NCBI GenBank assembly: GCA_002373695.1
Contig: DFLH01000001.1
Span: 114-64,113, forward strand
Origin: Verrucomicrobia bacterium UBA3624
Lineage (GTDB): Bacteria > Verrucomicrobiota > Kiritimatiellia > RFP12 > UBA1067
Length of the DNA stretch: 64,000 nt
Direction of reading: 5' to 3'
The notes below the pieces were generated by a model. It was not told where the DNA came from, ran no database searches, and was given only the letters and a program-made list of their open reading frames with translations. A program made the translations under genes and the position numbers. Positions 36,985 to 46,113 of the stretch are shown here, piece after piece. Numbering within the stretch: the first letter of the stretch is position 1; every line of letters starts with the position of its first letter.

Positions 36985-39615
36985 ATGCGCCTTGTATTTG
37001 CTGTTGCGGTTTCCGCCGCCATGCTTGCGACGACCGGTCATGCCGCAGGCCTCTCTGCCAGCCACTACGTCCAGGACGGGCTGGTCGCGCTCTTCGATGC
37101 CGAAGACAACGAAGGGACGGGAACGCACAATTCCTCCGCCTCTCAATGGAAGGATCTGAAGGGATCGGCGTATGTAAATTGTGTCGCCGACAGCATCTGG
37201 TCGTCGCGCTACTTCTGCAGTCCCACCAACCAGAACTACATAAAGGATATGCCGACGTTAGATCGCAACTCGATTACGGTCGAGGCTGCGTTCGACATGA
37301 TTTCCCACGCCACTAAAAATTACGCTTGTATCGTCCACGGCGGCGAATATTTCAAGTTTTTCTATAACGACCCTGATGCCACCGGTGTCGTCGGATACAT
37401 GTGCCCCGTCGGCGGTATATCCAATGTCGATGGTTCCGGCTACAAATGGGTCAAGACGGCAAGCGGTTTCAGTTCTGGCACGGTGTCCTTCTTTTCCGGC
37501 AGCGATGGTTATGGCGTGCGCGCCGACGGCATGGCAACGGGAAGCCCGTCGGATTACCATGTGGCCATCGCCAACTATACGCTCTCCGCCAACGCCTGGT
37601 CGCTCAACCAGAACGAGTTCGCGGGGAACTACTATTGCGTACGCTGGTACGACCGGGCCTTGAGCGACGACGAGATGCTGGCGAACGCGTTTATCGACAA
37701 ATTGCGTTTCAGGTCGTACATGCTTGCAGGGGACGGTAGCGAAGCCGACTGGAGCGCTGTCGCGTGGGAGGCGCCGTATGATGCGACGGCGTCCGCGCCG
37801 TCGACGGACACCAACGAGTTCGTGCGGATTGCAAATGCGGAGGTGAACGTGGCCGCTTCCGACAACGTGGGGCTGGCGGGGCTCTCCCTCGAAGACGGAG
37901 CCGTGCTGGACATCGCCGATGGAGCGGTTGTTTCCGTTAAGGTGCTTTATGTCGAAGGCGTCGAGATCGAAAGGGGCATCTACTCCGGCGACGAGACGAA
38001 GGGCAGGAAGGTTTCGTGGCTTAACGGTTCCGGCGTACTGAAGGTGGCAGGAGGAAAGGACGTCGACGATTTCCCGGAGACGTATCTCCTTCCCGGCGAG
38101 GACGGATGGTTTCAGTTCGGTACGCAAAGCGGCAGTTACGGGAGCGTAGACACCTACGCCGGCGCGAAGAGGGAATATTTCATAGGCGAACATGTCGATT
38201 GGAGGAAATGCAGTTTCCCCGCAGGAGGAAACAACAAACTTCGCCTTGCAGGCTATTCGCTGATTGGTGCAATTCCGTCCGGCACCTTTTCGGTGGTGGA
38301 TCTGTCTAAGGCCACGATAGTCCAGCTCTATGAACCGCAAATGTTCGAGGATGGAACGCAGGCGACCGTTCCTTACGGCGTCATTCTGCGGTATCATCCT
38401 GGAACCTGGGAGAAGGACGAATCGACTGGACGATACTACCGCATGGGCTCTTCGAGCGATCCATATGCGGGCGACATCTATCTGAACGGGGCCGCCGCAG
38501 TGCTTCGCGTTTCGGTGGACAACGGACTCAAGGAAGTACAGTTCTCCGGGCTGTTCAGCGGTACCGGCAAACTGCAGTTCAGCGCATGGGGGAACCGGGC
38601 GAGGTTCTCCGGCGGATTCGCGCTGAACAACTACATCGGGTCGTTTCAGCACGGATCGCTGGTCTGGCTGGATACGACGATGGTCACAAGCCGGCTGGAA
38701 GGTGTCACGTTCGCCGGGTGCAACGATTCCTATGTCAACGACCAGGCGTCCGGCTATCGCGTGAACGGGCTGTATTTCGGCAAGAACGGCAGTGAAGAGA
38801 CGGCTGACCACGAACTGTACTTGAAATATGTCAACGGCACGGCAAAGGTCGGAATCAGCACCACTACCGGCATACGGCTCCGTTCTGGCGCGGTGCTTGG
38901 CATCTGGGGCGGAAATACCGTACATGCAGGATATATGACGGCAAACGGTTCAGTCCATGTCATTGCGCGTCCGCAGGAATTGAAGTCCACATTCAATGGC
39001 TGGCATTTCAAGGCCGTCGGCGCCGGAGATGGCAACTTCGTGGTGGACGAGGTTCGTGTTTCCAGCAAGCTTTACATGTCAGAACACGTAAACATGACGG
39101 CAGGAAATGTGCTGGCTAATGCGTGCTTCGATTATACGTTTGCTACAAACGAGACGACCGTATCGTTCTTGGATATCACCAACGCATGCGATTCGACCGC
39201 GACGGTGGTCGCTAACGACATTGCATCTCTGCCGGCGCGGCTTTCGGGATTCACGGGAACGGTCAGCCTTTCAAGTGCGGCCACGAAGTCCTACACGATG
39301 CCGGTCGACATGACGCAGGGGACGGACATCCTGTACAACACGGTAGGGTGCATTGGTTCCGGTGCGCTTGCCGGAGCGCCTGCGGCGGGTGCGATAGATG
39401 CGACGTTCCCGACGGACTCCGAGCCGGTCAAGGGCGACTATTCGCTTGCGCGTTTCACCTCCGGCGGCGAAGCCTTGGCCGGTTGGACGGTGACGTTGAA
39501 CGGTCAGGCGTTGACGGATGTCCAGGTGGGTGGCATGATGGTGTCCGTGGTGAAGGATTCCACGGGAATTTGGCTGAAGGTGCGGGAAACGGGAATGACG
39601 TTCCTGTTGAGGTAG
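36985..39615 (+). CDS. Secreted LamG-domain protein with a long beta-rich C-terminal region
   Basis: Signal peptide: MRLVFAVAVSAAMLATTGHAAG. LamG-type ending: YYCVRWYDRALSDDEMLANAFIDKL. The C-terminal tail is ETGMTFLLR. Confidence 0.75.
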   Translation: MRLVFAVAVSAAMLATTGHAAGLSASHYVQDGLVALFDAEDNEGTGTHNSSASQWKDLKGSAYVNCVADSIWSSRYFCSPTNQNYIKDMPTLDRNSITVEAAFDMISHATKNYACIVHGGEYFKFFYNDPDATGVVGYMCPVGGISNVDGSGYKWVKTASGFSSGTVSFFSGSDGYGVRADGMATGSPSDYHVAIANYTLSANAWSLNQNEFAGNYYCVRWYDRALSDDEMLANAFIDKLRFRSYMLAGDGSEADWSAVAWEAPYDATASAPSTDTNEFVRIANAEVNVAASDNVGLAGLSLEDGAVLDIADGAVVSVKVLYVEGVEIERGIYSGDETKGRKVSWLNGSGVLKVAGGKDVDDFPETYLLPGEDGWFQFGTQSGSYGSVDTYAGAKREYFIGEHVDWRKCSFPAGGNNKLRLAGYSLIGAIPSGTFSVVDLSKATIVQLYEPQMFEDGTQATVPYGVILRYHPGTWEKDESTGRYYRMGSSSDPYAGDIYLNGAAAVLRVSVDNGLKEVQFSGLFSGTGKLQFSAWGNRARFSGGFALNNYIGSFQHGSLVWLDTTMVTSRLEGVTFAGCNDSYVNDQASGYRVNGLYFGKNGSEETADHELYLKYVNGTAKVGISTTTGIRLRSGAVLGIWGGNTVHAGYMTANGSVHVIARPQELKSTFNGWHFKAVGAGDGNFVVDEVRVSSKLYMSEHVNMTAGNVLANACFDYTFATNETTVSFLDITNACDSTATVVANDIASLPARLSGFTGTVSLSSAATKSYTMPVDMTQGTDILYNTVGCIGSGALAGAPAAGAIDATFPTDSEPVKGDYSLARFTSGGEALAGWTVTLNGQALTDVQVGGMMVSVVKDSTGIWLKVRETGMTFLLR

Positions 39616-39809
39616 GTTGCGGCGGTCGCGGGGCGACCGCCCTACCGGGACGCGGCGGCGGTCGCGGGACGGCAAGTTTGCGGCGGCGGTCGCGCGGGGA
39701 GGCAAGTTTGCGGCGACGGTCGCGCGGGGCGGCAAGTTTGCGGCGGCGGTCGCGCGGGACGCGCGACCCTACCGTGGGCGATTTGGTAGGGGCACGCGTC
39801 CCGCGTGCC
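39611..39809. repeat. Composite GC-rich palindromic/REP-like intergenic region
   Basis: GGTAGG overlaps the TAG stop (39613-39615). It contains the hairpin GCGGTCGC-ggg-GCGACCGC, the word CCCTACC, three 30-bp tandem units, and GGTAGGGGCACGCGTCCCGCGTGCC at 39785-39809. Confidence 0.75.
39671..39760 (+). repeat. Three tandem 30-bp units, GGCAAGTTTGCGGCG(G/A)CGGTCGCGCGGG(GA/GC/AC)
   Basis: The units start at 39671, 39701 and 39731. A partial related unit precedes them at about 39651-39670. Confidence 0.9.
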
Positions 39810-39890
39810 TGCCGTTGTTTTGATATACTACGCGGCGTGCAGACGCGCGTTGCTTGACAGAGCATGGAAAATTAGGCAAGGAGCATTACT

Positions 39891-42131
39891 ATGATATCAT
39901 CATCGAACGGACTGGTTGCGGCGGTGTGCGCGGCTGCGGTTCTTGGGGTGGCGGCGGACGTGCTGCCGTCGTGGAACGGCGGCAGGCTGTCGGAATGGCA
40001 GAAGAACGCGGATGTCGGCGAAATGTGCGTCAAGGACGGTATCTTGAGCGGCGTGGTGACAGGGCGCGACGGACAGCTTTATGCCCGGATGAAAAACATG
40101 TTCGACGCCAGGAGCAACCGGTTCTTCACCTTCCGCATGAAAGCGGCGCGTGGCGGGACGGGGCAGCTGTTCTGGATCCATCGCGGCGCCAAGGGGCCAT
40201 CCGAAGTGTTCCAGCACCGGTTCAAGGTCCGGGGCGACGGGAACTGGCACGACTACAAGGTGCGTCCGGGCTGGTACGGGCCGGAGAAGATAGCGGCGCT
40301 CAGGTTCGACTTTCCATGCAGTTTCGAGGGGGGGACGAAGTTCGAGCTTTCGGACATTTCCGTGATCGAAGACGGCGAAGCGGTGGATTTTCCGGCGAGC
40401 GACGCGAACGGCGTCGCCTTTTCCCTGGCGGCGCCGACCGGGATCCACTACTACGCGCTGACATGGTCTGGCAGCGAAACGTCCGACGGTTCTCTCCATT
40501 TCTCCACTCCGCCCGACGGAAAGAGGCACGCCTATTGGCTTGACCTGCGGAAGGCCCACAACCGCGGCGTGAAGACGTGGAAAGGCAGGATCATCGACTT
40601 TACGGTGATGCAGCCGTTTGCCGAGCGCGAAATGCCGGTGGAGGACCTGCGGTTTCTGAAGGAGAAGCCGGATCTGCCGCCGGATCCAGTGATCACCAGC
40701 GCGATTCCGTCGGAGGCGATTCCGCGCGCGGGGCGGCCTTTTACCGTGGAGGCGGTCGTCCGCAACTTCGGCACGCGGCCTGCGGAGCATCTTCGTTTTT
40801 CGTTCGACGGGCTGCCCGACGGGGTACGCCTGCTCGACCCGGCAGAACTTTCGCCGGAAGAACCTCTGCCGGGGTCGGACGGCGCGGAGTCCATCGGCAA
40901 CGACTGCGGCCCGCAGCTGCCGCAGGAGCGCGTGTTCAGGTTCCACATGGGCGATCTCGGCGCGGGGCGGCACGTGTTCGGGCTCTCTCTTTCGGCGGAT
41001 GGAACGCAGCCGGGGCGCATCGAGATCGTTGCCGACGTGAAGCCGTCGCTGGGGCTGGCGCGGCAGGACTATCCCGCGGAACCGAAGCCCGTAGACACGG
41101 CGCCCTACAAGATAGGCGCGTTGATGTTCCCCGGCTGGGTCAGCCACAAGTGGCACGCGGTATGGAGCCACGACCATGCCCGCAAGCCGGTGCTGGGCTG
41201 GTACGACGAGCAGGACCCTGAAACGGTCGACTGGCAGATCAAGTATCTGGCGGAAAACGGAATCTCGTTCGTGTCGGTGTGCTGGTACTGGCGCAACGGC
41301 GTTCCCGCCAGAAACCACTGGATGCGTTCGTTCCGCAAGGCGCGCTACCGCAAGTACCTGAACTGGCATGTGATGTGGGACAACAGCTACAATTCGCTGG
41401 CCGACCAGGAAAAGCTGGCGCACTACTGGTGCACCAATTGCTTCGACGACGTCCAGTACCACAGGATCGACGGAAAGCCCGTGGTGGCGATCTGCAACCC
41501 GGTGGGCATGGAAAACCGCACGAAAGGCGATGGCGGCGCGAAACGGCTTCTCGACATGACGCGGGAGATCGCGCGATCCTACGGATTCCCCGGAGTGTAT
41601 TTCGTCGCCATGCGGGGGATGGGGCAGGATTCCGAGGATCCCGCTTTCCTCCGGAAATTCGCGGACTTCGGCTTTGACGTCACAACCGTGTACGGTTTTC
41701 GCGGGGGCATTCCCGGGAGCGCTGAGTTCGAACGCCGCCAGCGCACGTACAAGGCGCTGGCCGGCCTGTCGCTGCCGCATTGGCGGCAGCTCCGCAGGAA
41801 CGGGACGCTTCCGTTCTGGCCGTCCATCACCACGGGCTACGACGACAGGCCGTGGCGAGGAGAGAAGGTCCTGGAGATACGCGGGTACAACGTGGCAGAT
41901 TTCGCGGCCATCTGCCGCGATGCGAAAACCTTCTCCGACGAGTCAGGGATCAGGACGTTCCTGCTGGGGCCGCTGGACGAATGGGGCGAAGGTTCGATAG
42001 GATATCCCAACCATGAGCATGGATTCGGCATCTTCGAGGCCGTGCGGGACACGTTCGGGCGCAAGCCCGCCGGCGGATGGCCGGTCAACCATGCGCCTGA
42101 AGATGTGGGGCTGACGTGTCCGCATTTATGA
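39891..42131 (+). CDS. Secreted protein with an N-terminal CBM-like domain and a C-terminal GH99/WbsX-like TIM-barrel domain
   Basis: AAGGAG is the RBS. Signal segment: MISSSNGLVAAVCAAAVLGVAADV. Family-like blocks: GWYDEQDPETVDWQIKYLAENGISFVSVCWYW and GPLDEWGEGS. The family was not verified. Confidence 0.55.
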   Translation: MISSSNGLVAAVCAAAVLGVAADVLPSWNGGRLSEWQKNADVGEMCVKDGILSGVVTGRDGQLYARMKNMFDARSNRFFTFRMKAARGGTGQLFWIHRGAKGPSEVFQHRFKVRGDGNWHDYKVRPGWYGPEKIAALRFDFPCSFEGGTKFELSDISVIEDGEAVDFPASDANGVAFSLAAPTGIHYYALTWSGSETSDGSLHFSTPPDGKRHAYWLDLRKAHNRGVKTWKGRIIDFTVMQPFAEREMPVEDLRFLKEKPDLPPDPVITSAIPSEAIPRAGRPFTVEAVVRNFGTRPAEHLRFSFDGLPDGVRLLDPAELSPEEPLPGSDGAESIGNDCGPQLPQERVFRFHMGDLGAGRHVFGLSLSADGTQPGRIEIVADVKPSLGLARQDYPAEPKPVDTAPYKIGALMFPGWVSHKWHAVWSHDHARKPVLGWYDEQDPETVDWQIKYLAENGISFVSVCWYWRNGVPARNHWMRSFRKARYRKYLNWHVMWDNSYNSLADQEKLAHYWCTNCFDDVQYHRIDGKPVVAICNPVGMENRTKGDGGAKRLLDMTREIARSYGFPGVYFVAMRGMGQDSEDPAFLRKFADFGFDVTTVYGFRGGIPGSAEFERRQRTYKALAGLSLPHWRQLRRNGTLPFWPSITTGYDDRPWRGEKVLEIRGYNVADFAAICRDAKTFSDESGIRTFLLGPLDEWGEGSIGYPNHEHGFGIFEAVRDTFGRKPAGGWPVNHAPEDVGLTCPHL

Positions 42132-42175
42132 TATAATGGTTTTTCGCATCTTCAGGAAAGCAGGAGACGGAAACT

Positions 42176-44173
42176 ATGAAATTGACGAATGAACAGTTGA
42201 AGCTGGCGGCGGACACGATCCGGTGCCTGGCGGCAGACACGGTTGAGAAGGCAAAAAGCGGGCATCCCGGTGCGCCGCTTGGACTGGCGGATCTGGCCGC
42301 CTCGCTGTGGTTGAAATACCTGAACGTGGATCCGAAAGACGCGGCGTGGCCGAATCGGGACAGGATCGTCTTTTCCGGCGGGCACGGCTCCGCGCTCGTC
42401 TATTCGCTCTTCCATCTCGCAGGGGTGGGCGGCCTGAAGCTCGACGAGCTGAAGACGTTCCGCCAGACAGGTTCGCGCTGCGCCGGCCATCCGGAACGCA
42501 ACGTCCTTCCAGGCGTGGAAGTCACCACGGGGCCGCTCGGGCAGGGGCTTGCGATGGCCGTCGGCATGGCGATCGCCGAACGCATGGAGGCGGCTCGCGA
42601 CAACGTGGAAGGTTTTGCGGTGGCCGACCATCGCACGTGGTGCTTCTGCGGCGACGGCGACCTGGAGGAGGGGATTTCGCACGAGGCGTGCTCGCTTGCG
42701 GGCTGCCTGAAGCTGGACAAGCTGGTCGTCGTATACGACAACAACGGCATAACGATCGAAGGCAGCACGAAGATCGCGCTCGCGGACGACGTCAAGCTGC
42801 GCTTCGAGGGCTACGGCTGGAAGGTGCTCGCCTGCGACGGACACGACTTCGACTCCATCGACAAGGCGTACCGCAAGGCGATGAAGGTCGCGGGCCAGCC
42901 TGTGATAATCGTCGCCACGACGCACATCGGCCAGGGCGCGCCCACGAAGCACGACACGGCCGACATCCATGGCGCGCCGCTCGGGCAGGAGGAGCTGATC
43001 GGCCTCAAGCGGGCCCTGGGCTTCGACCCGGTGAAGACGTTCGCCGTCCCCGGCGACGTGTACGCCTGGTTCGAGGACAGGGGCGCGGCCTGCCATCGCA
43101 TGAACCTGCGCTGGAAGAAGCTTGTCAAGGATTGGGCCGCTGCGAATCCCGAGAAGGCGGCGGCCCGCGATGCCGCCATGCGCAACGTGCTTCCGGCAGA
43201 TCTCGCCGCCAGGCTGCCGGCGTTCGATCCCGCCAAGCCGGTTGCCACGCGCGCGGCCTGCGGCACGGTGATGAACGCCCTTGCGGCCGCCGTGCCGAAC
43301 CTGGTTGGCGGAAGCGCCGACCTCGCCCCGTCCAACAAGACGTATCTCAAGGGCTTGGGCGATGTGTCCGCCGGCTCCTTCGCGGGCCGCAACTTCCACT
43401 TCGGGATACGCGAGCTCGCCATGACGTCCATTGTGAACGGCATCGTGGCCCACGGAGGATTCCGCGCGTTCGGCGCCACGTTCTTCGTGTTCAGCGACTA
43501 TTGCCGTCCGGCGATCCGTCTTGCCGCCCTGATGGAGATTCCGTCGCTTTTCGTGTTCTCGCACGATTCGTTCTACGTAGGCGAGGACGGCCCCACCCAC
43601 GAACCGGTGGAGCAGCTGGCCGCGATGCGCGCCATGCCGAACGTCGCCGTGTTCCGCCCGGCGGACGCGAACGAGACCGGCGCCGCATGGCTTGCCATGC
43701 TCAAGCGCGCAGACGGCCCTTCGTGCATCCTCACTACGCGCCAGAATCTTCCGATACTCGATGGCGTCACGCCCGAGAAGGTGGCCAAGGGCGCGTACGT
43801 GATATGGGAGAACGGGCCGATGCCGGAAGTGATGTTCATCGCTTCCGGCTCGGAGGTGCCGCTTTGCATCGAAGCCGCCAGGAAGCTGTCGGATCTCGGG
43901 CGCACGGCGCGTGTCGTCTCCATGCCTTGCCGCGAGCTCTTCGAGGCGCAGCCGCTCGCCTACCGCGAAAGCGTCATCCCCGGCACGTGCGGAAAGCGCG
44001 TGATCGTCGAGGCGGGCGTGAAGTTCGGCTGGGAGCGCTACCAGATCAATTCTGCCACCACGCGCTACGTCACGCTGGAGACCTTCGGCGCGTCCGGCCC
44101 CTACAAGGAGCTGGCGGCCGAGTTCGGCTTCACGGTGGAGAACGTGCTGGCGAACGCGCGTGAGCTGCTTTGA
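42176..44173 (+). CDS. tkt: Transketolase
   Basis: Motifs: SGHPGAPLG, GHGSALVYSL, GPLGQGLAMAVGMA, GDGDLEEGISHEA and EDGPTHEPVEQL. Confidence 0.95.
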   Translation: MKLTNEQLKLAADTIRCLAADTVEKAKSGHPGAPLGLADLAASLWLKYLNVDPKDAAWPNRDRIVFSGGHGSALVYSLFHLAGVGGLKLDELKTFRQTGSRCAGHPERNVLPGVEVTTGPLGQGLAMAVGMAIAERMEAARDNVEGFAVADHRTWCFCGDGDLEEGISHEACSLAGCLKLDKLVVVYDNNGITIEGSTKIALADDVKLRFEGYGWKVLACDGHDFDSIDKAYRKAMKVAGQPVIIVATTHIGQGAPTKHDTADIHGAPLGQEELIGLKRALGFDPVKTFAVPGDVYAWFEDRGAACHRMNLRWKKLVKDWAAANPEKAAARDAAMRNVLPADLAARLPAFDPAKPVATRAACGTVMNALAAAVPNLVGGSADLAPSNKTYLKGLGDVSAGSFAGRNFHFGIRELAMTSIVNGIVAHGGFRAFGATFFVFSDYCRPAIRLAALMEIPSLFVFSHDSFYVGEDGPTHEPVEQLAAMRAMPNVAVFRPADANETGAAWLAMLKRADGPSCILTTRQNLPILDGVTPEKVAKGAYVIWENGPMPEVMFIASGSEVPLCIEAARKLSDLGRTARVVSMPCRELFEAQPLAYRESVIPGTCGKRVIVEAGVKFGWERYQINSATTRYVTLETFGASGPYKELAAEFGFTVENVLANARELL

Positions 44174-44820
44174 AGTTCGTGGTGACAGCAGGGCCGACGC
44201 GCGAACATCTGGATCCCGTCCGGTTTCTCTCCAATCCATCCACGGGCAGGATGGGATTCGCCGTGGCGCGCGCCGCGCGTGCGGCGGGCCATGACGTGAC
44301 GCTGGTCGCCGGCCCCGTCTCGCTCAAGACGCCGCAGGGCGTCGAACGCGTGGATGTGGTGTCCGCCCGCGACATGCTTGCCGCAGTCCGGGCCGGGCTG
44401 GCGGCCCGGCCGTCCGGACAGACGGCCGTTCTGGTGATGACTGCCGCCGTCGCGGACTGGCGCCCGGCGACATGCGCATCGCTGAAGCTGAAGAAGCGGG
44501 AGATGTCTGGCGCGCTCATGCTGGTGCGCAATCCGGACATCCTGAAAACGCTGAAAAACGCCAAGGGGGTCGTCCGTATCGGCTTCGCCGCCGAGACCGG
44601 CACGCCTGACGCGGAGGCGGTGCGCAAGTGCCGGGAAAAAGGGCTGGACATGGTGGTGGGCAACGACGTGACGGGCGCCGGCAGCGGGTTCGGGACGACG
44701 ACCAACCGCGTCGTGTTCGTCACGCCTGACGGCGCCGTGCGGCATCTGCCGCTGATGAGCAAGCTCGCCGTAGCGCGCCGCATCGTCGCGTTCGCCGAAA
44801 GGACCGCATCGCATGGCTGA
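44170..44820 (+). CDS. coaB: Phosphopantothenate-cysteine ligase domain protein (stand-alone CoaB)
   Basis: VVTAGPTREHLDPVRFLSNPSTGRMGFAVARAA matches the start of the CoaB half of CoaBC. No flavoprotein (CoaC) half is present. The TTG start overlaps the tkt stop. Confidence 0.8.
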   Translation: MKFVVTAGPTREHLDPVRFLSNPSTGRMGFAVARAARAAGHDVTLVAGPVSLKTPQGVERVDVVSARDMLAAVRAGLAARPSGQTAVLVMTAAVADWRPATCASLKLKKREMSGALMLVRNPDILKTLKNAKGVVRIGFAAETGTPDAEAVRKCREKGLDMVVGNDVTGAGSGFGTTTNRVVFVTPDGAVRHLPLMSKLAVARRIVAFAERTASHG

Positions 44821-45604
44821 CGGCGACTACGAACGAGGGCGCGGCCGTGAAATAGGCGAGATAGCCGCCAAGTTGAAACGGCTCGCCGAGGCGAGGAGGA
44901 CGGCGGCTTGCGCGGCCTCGCCGCAGGTTTTCGTGCTCAACGGCTGGGCGGCGAGTCCGCACGCGTGGGATCTCTGCCGTTTCGCGAGGACGCGTCTCTT
45001 CAGCTACGTGGACCAGCTGGACGGCCTGCCGGAGGAGGCGATGGCCGCCGCCGGGAGGGTGGTTCTGGCGGGATGGTCCATGGGAGGCAGTTCGGCGTTG
45101 CGGCTTGCCGCGCGCTGGCCCGAGAAGATCGCCGGCCTTGTGCTGATTGCGGCAACGCCGCGCATGATGGAGGAGAAGGGGACAGGGTGGCGCGGCATGT
45201 CGCCAAGGCGTCTGGAGGCGTTGAGGTACGGCCTTGCGATAACGCGCGGAGAGGGGTTCTTCGGAGTCCCGGACGGCAAGCCGAATCCATATCTCGCAGA
45301 CGATCCAGGCAATCTGGAGCGTGGGCTGAAGTATCTGCTTGAAACCGACGTCCGGCAGTCGTTGGAACAGGCTTACGGCCATGCGGCGGCAGGGCGTGTT
45401 GCCGCTTGGTCGCCGCCGGTCCACATTTTCCAGAGCGAACGCGATGGCATCGTGCGGCCTGAGAACGCGGCATGGCTCAAGAAGGTTTTCCCGCAGGCGG
45501 CCGTGACGATGGTTCCAGGTGCGGAGCACGCGTTGCCGATTTTCATACCGGAGGAAATAGATGAAGCGGTTGACGCTTGCCTCGCAGTCGCCAAGAAGGG
45601 CTAG
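44813..45604 (+). CDS. Alpha/beta-fold hydrolase (BioH-like carboxylesterase)
   Basis: VFVLNGWAASPHAWD is followed by the nucleophile elbow GWSMGG. A C-terminal His lies in the GAEHALP context. Confidence 0.65.
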   Translation: MADGDYERGRGREIGEIAAKLKRLAEARRTAACAASPQVFVLNGWAASPHAWDLCRFARTRLFSYVDQLDGLPEEAMAAAGRVVLAGWSMGGSSALRLAARWPEKIAGLVLIAATPRMMEEKGTGWRGMSPRRLEALRYGLAITRGEGFFGVPDGKPNPYLADDPGNLERGLKYLLETDVRQSLEQAYGHAAAGRVAAWSPPVHIFQSERDGIVRPENAAWLKKVFPQAAVTMVPGAEHALPIFIPEEIDEAVDACLAVAKKG

Positions 45605-46106
45605 GATACTCGCCGGCCTCGGAGTGGCGTTCGATGTCGTAAAGACGGACGCGCCGGAAGTTTCGTTCCCGCACGACCCGGAAAGGACCGTGACGGTCAA
45701 CGCGTGCTCCAAGCTGAGGGCTTGCGGCAGGTTCCCAGCGCTCGCGGCGGACACGATCGTCTGGTTCGGCGGGAAGATATACGGGAAGCCGCGCGACCTT
45801 GACGAGGCGAAGCGGTTCCTCTGCGAACTTTCCGGCAGGACGCACGTCGTCTTCACCGGGGTGGCGTATGCGGCGGATGGAGGGACCGACGGCGTGAGGA
45901 CGGCTTGCGTACGGTCGGAAGTGACATTTCACGCGCTTTCGGCGGCGACGATCGACGAGTATGTGGCGCGCGTCAGACCCACGGACCGCGCCGGCGCGTA
46001 CGACATCGACGAGAACGGCGGCCTTCTGGTGGCCTCGTATTCCGGCTCGTACGAGAATATCATGGGATTGCCTGTTGAACCGCTCCGTCTTTTTGGTATC
46101 ATTTAG
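45561..46106 (+). CDS. maf: Maf-like nucleoside triphosphate pyrophosphatase
   Basis: MKRLTLASQSPRRARIL, RAGAYDIDENGGLL and GLPVEP. It overlaps the upstream gene by 44 nt. Confidence 0.88.
   Translation: MKRLTLASQSPRRARILAGLGVAFDVVKTDAPEVSFPHDPERTVTVNACSKLRACGRFPALAADTIVWFGGKIYGKPRDLDEAKRFLCELSGRTHVVFTGVAYAADGGTDGVRTACVRSEVTFHALSAATIDEYVARVRPTDRAGAYDIDENGGLLVASYSGSYENIMGLPVEPLRLFGII
46094..46102 (+). promoter_or_regulatory. Extended -10-like element TGGTATCAT located 11 nt upstream of the rpoN ATG
   Basis: Read directly: tttTGGTATCATttagacgaccgATG. No SD is present, implying a very short or absent leader. Confidence 0.35.
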
Positions 46107-46113
46107 ACGACCG

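Noticed and set aside
39671-39760. Regular 30-bp repeats considered as a possible CRISPR array.
   Set aside because: The units are directly adjacent with no spacers. There are only about 3.5 copies, no cas genes are nearby, and the units share words with the REP-like elements elsewhere in the window.
40328-40334. A G7 run inside the coding region of gene 39891-42131 (FEGGTKF), considered as a fifth switch.
   Set aside because: It is shorter than the tracts usually associated with high slippage rates, and the ORF is intact. It is noted only for completeness.
42307-44163. A 618-aa same-strand alternative-frame ORF inside tkt. There are many similar alternative-frame ORFs across the window.
   Set aside because: The transketolase frame carries all the family motifs. 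The alternative frame is Arg/Gly-rich with no motifs.
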